This document shows, piece after piece, positions 1 through 8,404 of a DNA stretch of 12,185 bases; position 1 is the first letter of the stretch; every line of letters begins with the position of its first letter. The DNA comes from an uncultured Deinococcales bacterium. Its GTDB lineage: Bacteria > Deinococcota > Deinococci > Deinococcales > JAAFIG01. The position numbers and the translations under genes are program-made. The stretch is from assembly GCA_964247135.1 (NCBI GenBank), contig CAXTTL010000145.1:1-12185 (forward strand), read 5' to 3'. The notes under the pieces were generated by a model that searched no databases, was not told where the DNA came from, and saw only the letters and a program-made list of their open reading frames with translations.

Positions 1-528
1 TCCTTCAAACCCAATCCAACCGACGACCTGAGCTTTGAACGACTCGAGTCTTCACCAAAGCAGGGCGTGTTCTTTACAGGACAGTTTTTCAACCAAACCG
101 ATCAGAGCAATCATCCTCAAGAAATCACCATTCTGGCAGTCGAATACGCGCCCAGAGCCTTGTCCGGTCAGGTGCTGCTCGAGCCAAATTACAATCCGCG
201 TTGGTTTGATTGGCTTTTTGATTGGTCAAGTCGTCAGTTGGGTGGTAAAGACCCCGAATCAAGTCCTTTGCCCAGAGGGGTCAGGTTCGAGGATTCAAGG
301 GCGTTGAAGTTGAACATCAAACCTTCTTTTGGGGCTTCAATCGCCATACTGACCAGCTCAATCACACCAGGTTTTTTGTGCTCAGGAATTCTTTCAGCCC
401 AAATCTACTGGCAGATTTTAATCAAATACCGACTTGGCTCTGGTGAAGTGCGTTATTACCCAATTCCGACAATATCGCCAATGGCTGCCGATCAACCTCG
501 AGAGACCCCCTTTGGTTTGAGGTGCTAA
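1..528 (+). CDS. Hypothetical protein, 5'-partial (frame open from the window edge)
   Basis: Frame 1 is open from base 1 (SFKPNPTDDLSFERLESSPKQGVFFTGQ...) to TAA at 526-528. It is co-oriented with the lipoprotein genes that follow. No family motif recognised. Confidence 0.55.
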   Translation, partial: SFKPNPTDDLSFERLESSPKQGVFFTGQFFNQTDQSNHPQEITILAVEYAPRALSGQVLLEPNYNPRWFDWLFDWSSRQLGGKDPESSPLPRGVRFEDSRALKLNIKPSFGASIAILTSSITPGFLCSGILSAQIYWQILIKYRLGSGEVRYYPIPTISPMAADQPRETPFGLRC

Positions 529-575
529 ACAGTGAGCTTGGGATTTGTCCTGAAATAAAATCTGTATGAAAGCGG

Positions 576-1037
576 GTGAATGTCTTGAAATGGTTTTTAC
601 TGGTTTTGATTTTTTTGTTTTCCTCCTGCGTTCCAAATTCAAAAGCCTATCCCATGTCGGTCTTCGCGGGGTCTTTTCCTCAAGACCCTCAATCTGGGGA
701 TTTACCGATTTGGAAAGCCTCACTCGAGGATTTAGAACCCGTGGCTTTAAAAGCCGTGCAAGGTTTTGATGGTCGTTTTCCTGATGCGTTCACTGTGGAT
801 TTGACCGATGCTGCCGAGGCGGAGAAGGGTTTAAAAGTCCATGAGATTTTGGAGTTGAGCATCACGAAGCTTCAAGTCAAAATCACCTTGACCGAAATGG
901 CGGGGCATGTTGCCTTGGGTGTCTTTGACCTGAGACTTGAATCTTCAAACGTCCCAGGGTTTAACTCGTTGGGTGATAATCTTTACAAGACGTTGGTGAG
1001 AGCTTTGGACGCTCAATTTCCTCGAGATCGAATTTGA
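576..1037 (+). CDS. Putative lipoprotein, paralog 1 of tandem array
   Basis: Basic-hydrophobic signal peptide ending in lipobox-like FSS-C. Clear similarity to 1539..2000 (FPQDPQS, LPxWK, ALDAxFxRDR). Start may be GTG 576 or TTG 585. Confidence 0.8.
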   Translation: MNVLKWFLLVLIFLFSSCVPNSKAYPMSVFAGSFPQDPQSGDLPIWKASLEDLEPVALKAVQGFDGRFPDAFTVDLTDAAEAEKGLKVHEILELSITKLQVKITLTEMAGHVALGVFDLRLESSNVPGFNSLGDNLYKTLVRALDAQFPRDRI

Positions 1038-1062
1038 TATTTCATTTCCGAATTGGAGCACT

Positions 1063-1512
1063 GTGAATCGATTCTGTATTGTTGGTATTTTTCTTTTTCT
1101 CGTTTCCTGCGCTCCAGCTTCAATCTCGAGCTACGAATTTTCTCTGCCTTCAAACCCTCAACTGTTCTGGGCGGCAACACCTGCAAACCTCGAGTCATTT
1201 GTGGTGTCGTTCGCGCAACAGTTTGATCCAAAATTTGCCAATGCTTTCGTCTCGAGCGATCTGTCGGTCAAGGGGTACAACGTTCATGAAATCACGCTCA
1301 ACCGCAACGCGTACTTTGACACCGACGGCAAACCGTACCGTCTCACGATTTTTGTGGCTTGGGCAGCCAAATCAAGCGATGAAACGTCTTTTATTTTGAT
1401 GAACGAGGAGAACACCAGCAGTCTGGATTTTCCTGCGAACACGCTGGCTTTCAATTTAAACGAGGCTTTGACCAAAGCGCTCGATGCCAATTTTAAACGT
1501 CTATCAAATTGA
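1063..1512 (+). CDS. Putative lipoprotein, divergent paralog 2 of tandem array
   Basis: GGAG at 1055-1058 before GTG. Signal peptide with LVS-C lipobox. Shares FDxxF, VHE and C-terminal ALDAxFxR motifs with both neighbours. Confidence 0.8.
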   Translation: MNRFCIVGIFLFLVSCAPASISSYEFSLPSNPQLFWAATPANLESFVVSFAQQFDPKFANAFVSSDLSVKGYNVHEITLNRNAYFDTDGKPYRLTIFVAWAAKSSDETSFILMNEENTSSLDFPANTLAFNLNEALTKALDANFKRLSN

Positions 1513-1538
1513 GGCTGCTCGAGTTTTGGGGGGTGTAC

Positions 1539-2000
1539 ATGAAGTTTTTATTGATGCTGTTGATTGTTTTCTTGACCGCCTGCGTTCCAGGTGCCACTTT
1601 TTCTGGGAATGCCAAGGTCAATTTCGTTTCCGAATTCACCGGTTTTTTCCCCCAAGACCCGCAAAGCGAAAACCTACCCGTTTGGAAGGGTTCACTCGAG
1701 TTGCTCGAGCCTGTGGTGCTCGAGGCGATCAGGTCTTTTGACGTGCAGTTTCAGGGCGTGTTTTCGTTTGACATCACCACGCTGCGCAATGGTGTGCGGG
1801 TTCATGAATTGCGCGGTTCGGGTTTGGTCAAAAACAATTTGCAAATTGATGTTTCCGAAACACTCGAGCATGTGGCGGTTGGGGTTTTTGACATGGGCGT
1901 CCCGTATCCAAACATTGCGCCAGCCAATTCCGTCGGGGCAAAACTCGAGTCGGCGATAGCGGCGGCGCTCGATGCGAAATTCGAGCGTGATCGTTTTTAA
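1539..2000 (+). CDS. Putative lipoprotein, paralog 3 of tandem array
   Basis: ATG 1539 gives MKFLLMLLIVFLTA-C, a canonical LTAC lipobox, preferred over the track's TTG 1509. Paralogous to 576..1037. Confidence 0.82.
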   Translation: MKFLLMLLIVFLTACVPGATFSGNAKVNFVSEFTGFFPQDPQSENLPVWKGSLELLEPVVLEAIRSFDVQFQGVFSFDITTLRNGVRVHELRGSGLVKNNLQIDVSETLEHVAVGVFDMGVPYPNIAPANSVGAKLESAIAAALDAKFERDRF

Positions 2001-2023
2001 GTTGTTCAAAAACCAAAACGCGG

Positions 2024-2029
2024 TACACT
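2024..2029 (+). promoter_or_regulatory. Putative -10 box (TACACT) of a leaderless transcript for the MFS-tsaB unit
   Basis: TACACT lies 7 nt before GTG 2037 and there is no Shine-Dalgarno sequence. Confidence 0.55.
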
Positions 2030-2036
2030 TCAAACC

Positions 2037-3380
2037 GTGAGCCTCGAGCCAACAAACCACGACGTTCTGCTCGAGCGAAGCGAGGCATTGAGTTTAACGC
2101 TGCCCGAAGCTCGAGTGCGGCGCACCATGAACCTCTCGATCATCGAGGGGATGCCGTCGATGTTTTTTATCAATCTCACGCAAGGTAGCGTCTTGACGGG
2201 TTTCGCGCTGTTTTGCGGTGCAAATCCCTTCGAACTTGGCTTACTCTCGAGCGTGCCATTGTTCGGGCAAGTTTTATCGCCGTTTATCGCCTGGTGGGCT
2301 GGGCGGCTTGGGCGGCGCAAATTCTTGGCGTTCTGGTTGGCGTTTATCGGGCGCGGTTTGTGGATTCTGGCGGCGATGCTGCCGATGATTGCCCCCAAAG
2401 AATCTCGAGCGGGTTTATTGATTTTGATTGTTGCCCTCTCGAGCATTCTGATGGCGGGCAATGGCACGCTCTGGACGGCTTGGATGGGCGATATCGTGCC
2501 GCCCAAAGAACGCGGTCGCTATTTTGGTTTGCGCGGCGGCATTCTGGGCGTGGTTGGCACGGTGGCAAGCTTGCTGGCAGGTTTTTTCATTGATGCCACG
2601 CCCTCACCGCTCGATTTTGAGGTGGTGCTCGGCGTGGCAATCGGGGTGGGTTTGATCGCGGCAATATTGTTGTTGGCACACGATGAACCCAAAGTGACCA
2701 CGGTGCGACTGCGGTTAAAGGAGACCTTTACCGTGCCGTTTCAGAATGCCAATTTTCGGCAGTTCATGGTATTTGCCGTGTACTGGACGTTTTCGGTTTT
2801 AACGGCAGCGCCGTTTGTGATTCCGTATTTTATCAAGCAACTGGGCATGACCTACACCCAAATCGCCATCTGGACGACCATTGCCAGCATCAGCGGTTTG
2901 ATCTTCTCGCCGTGGTGGGGACGCATCGCCGACCGTGCGGGCAACAAACCCGTGCTGCAATTGGCAACCGTGTTTTGTGCGGTCTTGCTGCCTGGGTCTT
3001 GGATGCTGGCGCAACCTGGCATCATCTTTCCAATCTGGATTGCGGCGGTCTTTGACGCTTTCGTTTGGGGCGCAATCGGACCCGCGCAATTCAACCTCGC
3101 CCTCTCGAGCGCCCCGCAGAACAACCGCTCGAGTTTTATTGCCGTCATGAGCGCGGTCACGGGTTTGGCGGGTTTTGTTGGTGGGCTTTTTAGTGGCGTG
3201 TTGTTCGATTGGTTCTCGAGCTTGCCCTCTGGCGAGGCATACGGGTTTCACTGGACCAATTACCATTGGTTGTTTTTGTTCTCGGCGCTGCTGCGTTCCC
3301 AAGCCTGGCGTTTGTTGCAACCCATGCAAGAACCTGGCGCGTGGCGCGTCCGTGAGATGATCTCGAGGATGTGGTCGTGA
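2037..3380 (+). CDS. MFS transporter
   Basis: 447 aa with about 12 hydrophobic segments. MFS motif A variants AGRLGRRK and WGRIADRAGNK, plus WMGDIVPPKERGRYFG. Substrate unknown. Confidence 0.92.
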   Translation: MSLEPTNHDVLLERSEALSLTLPEARVRRTMNLSIIEGMPSMFFINLTQGSVLTGFALFCGANPFELGLLSSVPLFGQVLSPFIAWWAGRLGRRKFLAFWLAFIGRGLWILAAMLPMIAPKESRAGLLILIVALSSILMAGNGTLWTAWMGDIVPPKERGRYFGLRGGILGVVGTVASLLAGFFIDATPSPLDFEVVLGVAIGVGLIAAILLLAHDEPKVTTVRLRLKETFTVPFQNANFRQFMVFAVYWTFSVLTAAPFVIPYFIKQLGMTYTQIAIWTTIASISGLIFSPWWGRIADRAGNKPVLQLATVFCAVLLPGSWMLAQPGIIFPIWIAAVFDAFVWGAIGPAQFNLALSSAPQNNRSSFIAVMSAVTGLAGFVGGLFSGVLFDWFSSLPSGEAYGFHWTNYHWLFLFSALLRSQAWRLLQPMQEPGAWRVREMISRMWS

Positions 3381-3946
3381 GGATTTTGGCGCTCGAGACG
3401 AGCACCCCGTATTTTTGTGCAGGTTTGCTCGAGGTTGAGCATGATCTTGAAGTCTTCAAACTCGAGCAAATTGATTTTGTGGATCGCGCCCATGCGGAAC
3501 TCGGCATCGAAAAAATTCAAACCTTATTTCGAGCGGCAAACCTCGAGCCGAAAGCGGATTTGATTGTGGTTGGCACAGGTCCAGGTTCGTACACGGGCGT
3601 TCGCGTGGCAGCCAGTTTGGGGCTTGGGCTGGCGAGGGTTTGGAAAGCTAGTGTTGTGGGCGTGTCCACCCTCGAAGCGATTGCCGCCACTCGAGACGGT
3701 GTTGTCGCCGTCAGCTTGGATGCGCGACGCGGGAATGTTTACAGCGCGATTTATCAAGTTTTAAATGGCAAAATTCTCGAGGTTTTAAATGGTGTTGAAA
3801 AACGGACGCTCGAGGATTTTCGAGCTTTAATTCCAGAAAACGCCATCAAGCTCGAGGATGCTGCACCAAACCCACTGGTGCTGGCGAGGTTGGGTTTGGA
3901 ACGTTTCAAACGCGGCGAAACTGAATTGACGCTCGAGTATTTATGA
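3377..3946 (+). CDS. tsaB: tRNA threonylcarbamoyladenosine biosynthesis protein TsaB (YeaZ)
   Basis: Motifs ILALETST, HAE, VGTGPGSYTGVRV, GVSTLEAIA and LDARRGNVY. GTG 3377 overlaps the MFS stop (GTGA), with GAGGA at 3365-3369. Confidence 0.95.
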   Translation: MRILALETSTPYFCAGLLEVEHDLEVFKLEQIDFVDRAHAELGIEKIQTLFRAANLEPKADLIVVGTGPGSYTGVRVAASLGLGLARVWKASVVGVSTLEAIAATRDGVVAVSLDARRGNVYSAIYQVLNGKILEVLNGVEKRTLEDFRALIPENAIKLEDAAPNPLVLARLGLERFKRGETELTLEYL

Positions 3947-4753
3947 TTGCTCGAGGGCGGAAAGTTCTGGGGTTTTGGGATTCATGTTCTCCCAGGAATC
4001 CTCGTCGAAGAGTTGCACTTGCTTGCCAAAATCTTGATGGATGCCGCGCTGCACCAAGTAATATGCGAACCCCAGCGCGATAAACGTGGCGATCAAACTT
4101 GGGAGATATAACTTGATGTTGGCGTTGGCAATTTGACCGTTAAATTCTTCCGTGCCATATTTTCCAGTCACAATCCGAAAGTTCACCACAAAATTGACTG
4201 CACCAAAAATCAGTCCCTCGAGCATCATGACGATGGTGGCGTACTTTAAGCCTTTGACTGTATTTGGGGCGTTTAAAATTTGCTCGAGAAAACCTTGCTT
4301 TTCCGGTGGACTCGCTGCGCCCAAACCGACCTTGAGCATAAATTTAAAAAATGGCGTGCCGAGGATTAACGAGCCGCCCATCACGAGCGCGGTCAGAATA
4401 TGACGGTATGAATCTTTAAGTGCAAACGCTGCGCCATCAATTCTTAAGAATGCCAGCGCCCCACCTGCCAACGCGCCAGAACCCGCCAGCAGCGTGACGG
4501 GATTAAAAACTCGAGTTCTCAAAAGATCAATCGCAATGTAGATAACTGGAATCAAGGCAGCAATAATGTAGGTCGTGACCGGACCTAGAATATCCGAAAA
4601 ACCGATCCCGTGGTGTTTGATATCTCTGCCCAGCAAACTCGGGCTGAGTAGAGCAACTGGAATGGCAAGTGTGAAAATCAAATCCAAAATCAGTTTCTTC
4701 AACTGACCTTTTTGCGCGGCAATTTGCTTGGTGGTGGCTTGTGGTTCTGACAT
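3941..4753 (-). CDS. VC0807-like integral membrane protein
   Basis: 270 aa with several TM segments. The N-terminal LILDLIFTLAIPVALL and the later FALKDS...GGSLILGTPFFK pattern resemble the VC0807 family (from recall, not a search). Convergent 6-nt overlap with tsaB. Confidence 0.7.
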   Translation of the reverse strand: MSEPQATTKQIAAQKGQLKKLILDLIFTLAIPVALLSPSLLGRDIKHHGIGFSDILGPVTTYIIAALIPVIYIAIDLLRTRVFNPVTLLAGSGALAGGALAFLRIDGAAFALKDSYRHILTALVMGGSLILGTPFFKFMLKVGLGAASPPEKQGFLEQILNAPNTVKGLKYATIVMMLEGLIFGAVNFVVNFRIVTGKYGTEEFNGQIANANIKLYLPSLIATFIALGFAYYLVQRGIHQDFGKQVQLFDEDSWENMNPKTPELSALEQS

Positions 4754-4759
4754 GACCTT

Positions 4760-4765
4760 AGTTTA
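4760..4765 (-). promoter_or_regulatory. Putative -10 box (TAAACT) of a leaderless transcript
   Basis: TAAACT lies 6 nt upstream of ATG 4753 on the minus strand, with no strong SD. Confidence 0.5.
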
Positions 4766-4815
4766 CCGTGCTGGCTCGAGAAGCCCAAATTTAAGCAGAG
4801 GGCGAAAGGCAAAAG

Positions 4816-5739
4816 TTAAATTCGTGTTTCAATCTCAAGGTTCAACCACTGCACCTCGAGCGGCGTGAGTTCAAGCTCGAGCGCCTTGAACGAACTGGCG
4901 GTTTCACTGGTGTTACGCGGTCCGATCAATGGAATGGTCAGGAACGGCTGCCAGAGTACATATGCCAGTGCAATTTGAATCGGGTCACAGCCTTTTTCGC
5001 GTGCCAGTTCTTGCGCTCGAGCCAATCTTTGGAAGTTATCAGGACTGTACCAGCAGCGTACCAATTCTTCATCCTCGAGAAAATCTTGGTTGCCACGCAC
5101 AAAAAAACCTCGAGCTTGACTTGACCACGGCAGCAACGTGATTTGGTTTTCGGTCAACCAAGCTCGAGATTCCGCATCGGAAGCGCTGATGCAGCCCGCC
5201 CAGGGTGGATCGATCATTCTGGCGAGGGAAAAATTGTTGCTGACCACGCTAAAGCCTTGCAAGCCTTTGGCTTTTGCGTACTCATTCGCTTCCTGAACCC
5301 TGACGACACTCCAATTCGAGCCGCCGAAAGTTTTGATTCGCCCAGCCCTCAAATGAACATTCAGCACATCCACAAACGCGCTGACAGGCAACTCGAGGTT
5401 GTCGCGGTGCATCATGTAAATGTCCAGGTAATCGGTTTGCAACCGCTCGAGGCTGGTCATCAGTTGAGTCGTAATGTTTTCTGGATCGCAATACGGCGTG
5501 TGAGCACCCTTGCCGATAATGACCACGCTCTCGCGCAATTTTCGATCCATCAACCACTGCCCAAAAACGGTTTCGCAGACTCCAGAACCGTAAATAAACG
5601 CCGTGTCAAAACAATTTCCACCTCGAGCGATAAAATCATCGAACACCACACCCGCAGGCTCGAGTTCAGTTTGGTTGTCAACGCCCATCACCAATCTGGC
5701 AACGGGTTTGGCTAGGTGTGGGATGTTCGCGTGATTCAT
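4816..5739 (-). CDS. Aldo/keto reductase
   Basis: AKR catalytic tetrad contexts FDTAFIYG (D, Y), IGKG (K) and MHRD (H). Also SLERLQTDYLDIY, GGSNWS and PLIGPR. RBS AGGAG upstream and TATAAT at 5774-5779 on the minus strand. Confidence 0.93.
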   Translation of the reverse strand: MNHANIPHLAKPVARLVMGVDNQTELEPAGVVFDDFIARGGNCFDTAFIYGSGVCETVFGQWLMDRKLRESVVIIGKGAHTPYCDPENITTQLMTSLERLQTDYLDIYMMHRDNLELPVSAFVDVLNVHLRAGRIKTFGGSNWSVVRVQEANEYAKAKGLQGFSVVSNNFSLARMIDPPWAGCISASDAESRAWLTENQITLLPWSSQARGFFVRGNQDFLEDEELVRCWYSPDNFQRLARAQELAREKGCDPIQIALAYVLWQPFLTIPLIGPRNTSETASSFKALELELTPLEVQWLNLEIETRI

Positions 5740-5873
5740 GGGTTCTCCTGAACATTTTTTTGAGGTTCGAGAAATTATAACTCGAGGTGGGCGCGAACGA
5801 AGAGGGTTTGGGTTTTAAATACTCGAGCTTGAAGAAGAAAGTCGAAGTTGCAGCCTGATCATAAAATTGATTG

Positions 5874-5882
5874 TGGTATAAT
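5874..5882 (+). promoter_or_regulatory. Extended -10 promoter (TG-G-TATAAT) for the SnoaL-like gene
   Basis: Perfect TGnTATAAT about 57 nt upstream of ATG 5939. Confidence 0.6.
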
Positions 5883-5889
5883 CACGAAT

Positions 5890-5920
5890 AAACACTCACT
5901 CAATCAAAAAGTGAGTGTTT
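5890..5920. promoter_or_regulatory. Inverted repeat (operator or 5'-UTR hairpin)
   Basis: AAACACTCACT-N9-AGTGAGTGTTT has perfect 11-bp arms and lies between the extended -10 and the GAGGAG RBS. Confidence 0.55.
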
Positions 5921-5938
5921 TATTGATGAGGAGCATTC

Positions 5939-6283
5939 ATGACCAACGATCAAAATCAGAACGTGATAGACAACTTGATCATCGCCTACAACAACCACAA
6001 CGCTCGAGGCTTTGCGGATTTTTTCAGCGAGGATGCCATTCATGGCACACTTCACACAGAACAGTTACAACATGGGCGAGAAGAAATTTATCAGAGGTAT
6101 CTCGAGGTTTTTGCGACCTACCCAGAAAATAAAACTGAAGTCCTTCATCGGACTACTTTTGGTCCATTTGTCGTTGACCACGAACTTGTCACCCGAAGCC
6201 CGAGCACCGAACCTTTTCATGTTGTGGCAATTTATAAACTCGAGGCTGGATTGATTACACGCCTTGATTTTGTTCGAGAGTAA
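5939..6283 (+). CDS. SnoaL-like / NTF2-family protein
   Basis: 114 aa with the pattern AYNNHNARGFADFFSEDA...GREEI...VVDHE...VAIYKLEAGLITR. Strong GAGGAG RBS. Confidence 0.88.
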   Translation: MTNDQNQNVIDNLIIAYNNHNARGFADFFSEDAIHGTLHTEQLQHGREEIYQRYLEVFATYPENKTEVLHRTTFGPFVVDHELVTRSPSTEPFHVVAIYKLEAGLITRLDFVRE

Positions 6284-6314
6284 AACAAAACTCGAGAAAC
6301 CGAAGTCTCTCGAG
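6283..6314 (-). terminator. Intrinsic terminator of the yidC operon, possibly bidirectional
   Basis: Hairpin CTCGAGAAAC-CGAA-GTCTCTCGAG (6291-6314) is followed on the minus strand by TTTTGTTT. It lies between convergent stop codons. Confidence 0.6.
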
Positions 6315-6330
6315 CCTCAAAAATCTATTT

Positions 6331-7917
6331 TTACTTTGCGGCGACTTTAACGATTTTGCCTTTTAAAGCCATTTCCGCATTGATTTTGTTGGTAATAAAC
6401 CATTGTTGCCCAATCGCAATCGCGGTGGAAAGCACCCAGTACAGGGTCACACCGGCTGGGAACGACAGCACGATGTAAACAAAAATAAATTGCATGACGA
6501 TTTGTTGCTTGAACATTTCGGGCGTGTTGCGCGTCGAAACCCACAACTGCCCAACGTTGACGATCACGTACAAGACCGGCAGAATATAAAACGGATCGGG
6601 CAAGCTGAGATCGCGCAACCACAAGAAACCCTGGTTGAACTCGAGGTTTTGAAACACGCGCCACAAGACCACCAGCACCGGCATTTGCAACAGAATCGGC
6701 AGGCAGCCCGAGAGTGGGTTCGTGCCGTGTTCTTTGTAGAGTTTCATCAACTCTTCTTGTTGTTTTTGAGGGTTTTCTTTGTATTTGGCTTGCAGTTCTT
6801 TGACTTGCGGTTGAATGGCTTGCATTTCGGCGGTCGAACGGAACTGGGTTTGAAGGAGTGGCCACAACGCCAGACGCAACAACAAGGTAAAGGCAATGAT
6901 CGCCAAACCCCACGAGTGCGTGTAAGAATTCAAAAACTCGAGGATTTTGACCAGCACCAAGGAAATCTGTCCAAAAATATTGGGTTTGAACAGTCCTGGC
7001 AGGGCGTAATAACCTTCCTGGTTAAAGCGAATCAACTCGTCAAAACCACCATACAAATTCAGTTTGTTTTGCGTGCCAGTCAAGGCAACATTGATGGTGC
7101 TGACATCAAAATTTTCGGTACCCTTGTCGGTCTTGCGCGATTGGGTACGAAGCCCCATTTTAACAGGCAGGGTGCTTTTCAAATCTTGGTTACGCACAAT
7201 AAACGATTGCCCTTGACCACCCAAGAATGAACGGCAGCACTGCATACTGGCGTACACCGCATTTTTGACTTCGCCGCTGGAAGCCGTGTCGCCAACCTCG
7301 AGCGGCGCGGTTTGACCAGACTCGAGGGCTTTCATGACGGGTTTGCCATTGCCCAGACCCACAAATTCGATCTGGTAATTGCTAACGCCAGTCACATTCA
7401 AATCCAAACCAAGCGTCAGCGTGCTGGCGTTGAGCGTGTACAACTTCGTGACGCTCGAGCCGCCAGCCGTGTACTGAAAGGTTGCCGTTAAAATTCGGGC
7501 ATTCGGTTCGCCACTCACCTCGAGCTTGGGAGCTTGCGCAACAGGCGTTCCCAAAGATTTTCCATCCGCAGCCAGCACCACGCTCGAGAGCGCATCTTTC
7601 ATGACCAGGGTTTGTTGACGGTCATAATTGTCTTTGTTGTCCGTGCCTTTGACCATTTTGGGATACCAACCCAAAATCTCACCGGCATCGTTAAAAGCGA
7701 TATCCACCAAGTTGGTGATCGCCAGATAATCACCTTTGCCATCTTTGTTGATGTCGGGGTCGTTGACCTGGGTGGTCGCTTTGCTACCGTCGGGATTGGT
7801 GATTTCTTTGCTGATCTTGGTCGGCGTGACCCAATGCGGATCGAGTGCCGCAAACGCTCCACCCGAGAAAACCAGCGCCGCAACCGTCACCAGCGCAAAT
7901 TGAAAACCTTTTAACAT
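6331..7917 (-). CDS. yidC: Membrane protein insertase YidC
   Basis: Motifs SWGLAIIAFTLLLR, NPLSGCLPILLQMP, FLWLRDLSLPDP and PAGVTLYWVLS. ATG 7917 has an AGAGGAG RBS and gives 528 aa, preferred over 7995. Follows yidD. Confidence 0.97.
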   Translation of the reverse strand: MLKGFQFALVTVAALVFSGGAFAALDPHWVTPTKISKEITNPDGSKATTQVNDPDINKDGKGDYLAITNLVDIAFNDAGEILGWYPKMVKGTDNKDNYDRQQTLVMKDALSSVVLAADGKSLGTPVAQAPKLEVSGEPNARILTATFQYTAGGSSVTKLYTLNASTLTLGLDLNVTGVSNYQIEFVGLGNGKPVMKALESGQTAPLEVGDTASSGEVKNAVYASMQCCRSFLGGQGQSFIVRNQDLKSTLPVKMGLRTQSRKTDKGTENFDVSTINVALTGTQNKLNLYGGFDELIRFNQEGYYALPGLFKPNIFGQISLVLVKILEFLNSYTHSWGLAIIAFTLLLRLALWPLLQTQFRSTAEMQAIQPQVKELQAKYKENPQKQQEELMKLYKEHGTNPLSGCLPILLQMPVLVVLWRVFQNLEFNQGFLWLRDLSLPDPFYILPVLYVIVNVGQLWVSTRNTPEMFKQQIVMQFIFVYIVLSFPAGVTLYWVLSTAIAIGQQWFITNKINAEMALKGKIVKVAAK

Positions 7918-7942
7918 TCCTACTCCTCTAAAAACCCGAGCT

Positions 7943-8404
7943 TTACGACACTCGAGGCTTGTTCTTCCACATGCCAGGTTCTGGAACGGGATCAAACCCG
8001 CCAGGATGCAACGGTTGGCATTTTAAAACACGAATGGTCGCCAAAACTGTGCCTTTTGCCGCACCGTGCACCCGCACCGCTTCCAGGGCGTAACTCGAGC
8101 AACTTGGGACAAACCTGCAACTCGGTGCGCCCTTGAGGGGTGAAAGGTACTTTTGATAGCCGACAATGCCCAGCATCAAAGCTCGAGCGGCAATGTTGGG
8201 GCGTTTTGGGCGGCTCGAGAATGGGTCGGTGGGGTTCGGATTGGGTGTAGGGGATGGTCTCAGACCATCCCCTACGGATTGTGATTGTTCATTGAATGGG
8301 ATGTCTTGCGTGGGCGCAGCAAGCGACCCAAGCCTGTCAGGTGCTGTTTTAGGGTCAAGAAGCAGCGCCCCTACGGGAAGGTTTTTTGGTTCGCTCGAGG
8401 TCAT
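7943..8404 (-). CDS. yidD: Membrane protein insertion efficiency factor YidD with a REP-containing N-terminal extension
   Basis: Core YQKYLSP...[19 protein letters not shown]...[20 protein letters not shown] 8404 overlaps the rnpA stop (ATGA). Confidence 0.93.
   Translation of the reverse strand: MTSSEPKNLPVGALLLDPKTAPDRLGSLAAPTQDIPFNEQSQSVGDGLRPSPTPNPNPTDPFSSRPKRPNIAARALMLGIVGYQKYLSPLKGAPSCRFVPSCSSYALEAVRVHGAAKGTVLATIRVLKCQPLHPGGFDPVPEPGMWKNKPRVS
8247..8275. repeat. GTAG-type REP-like perfect palindrome inside yidD
   Basis: GTAGGGGATGGTCT-C-AGACCATCCCCTAC has perfect 14-bp arms with GTAG/CTAC ends. Confidence 0.8.
8309..8375. repeat. Degenerate inverted REP pair (REPIN-like) inside yidD
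   Basis: The minus strand reads CGTAGGGGCGCTGCTTCTTGACCC...GGGTCGCTTGCTGCGCCCACG. It has 15 nt identical to the REP at 11593. Confidence 0.65.

Noticed and set aside
3758-3792. 11-bp direct repeat GTTTTAAATGG in tsaB (VLNG twice)
   Set aside because: Only two short copies within coding sequence, with no sign of an array or mobile element.
5890-5920. CIRCE (HrcA) element
   Set aside because: The arms resemble CACTC/GAGTG, but the spacer between them is 15 nt rather than 9 and the TTAG/CTAA ends are absent.
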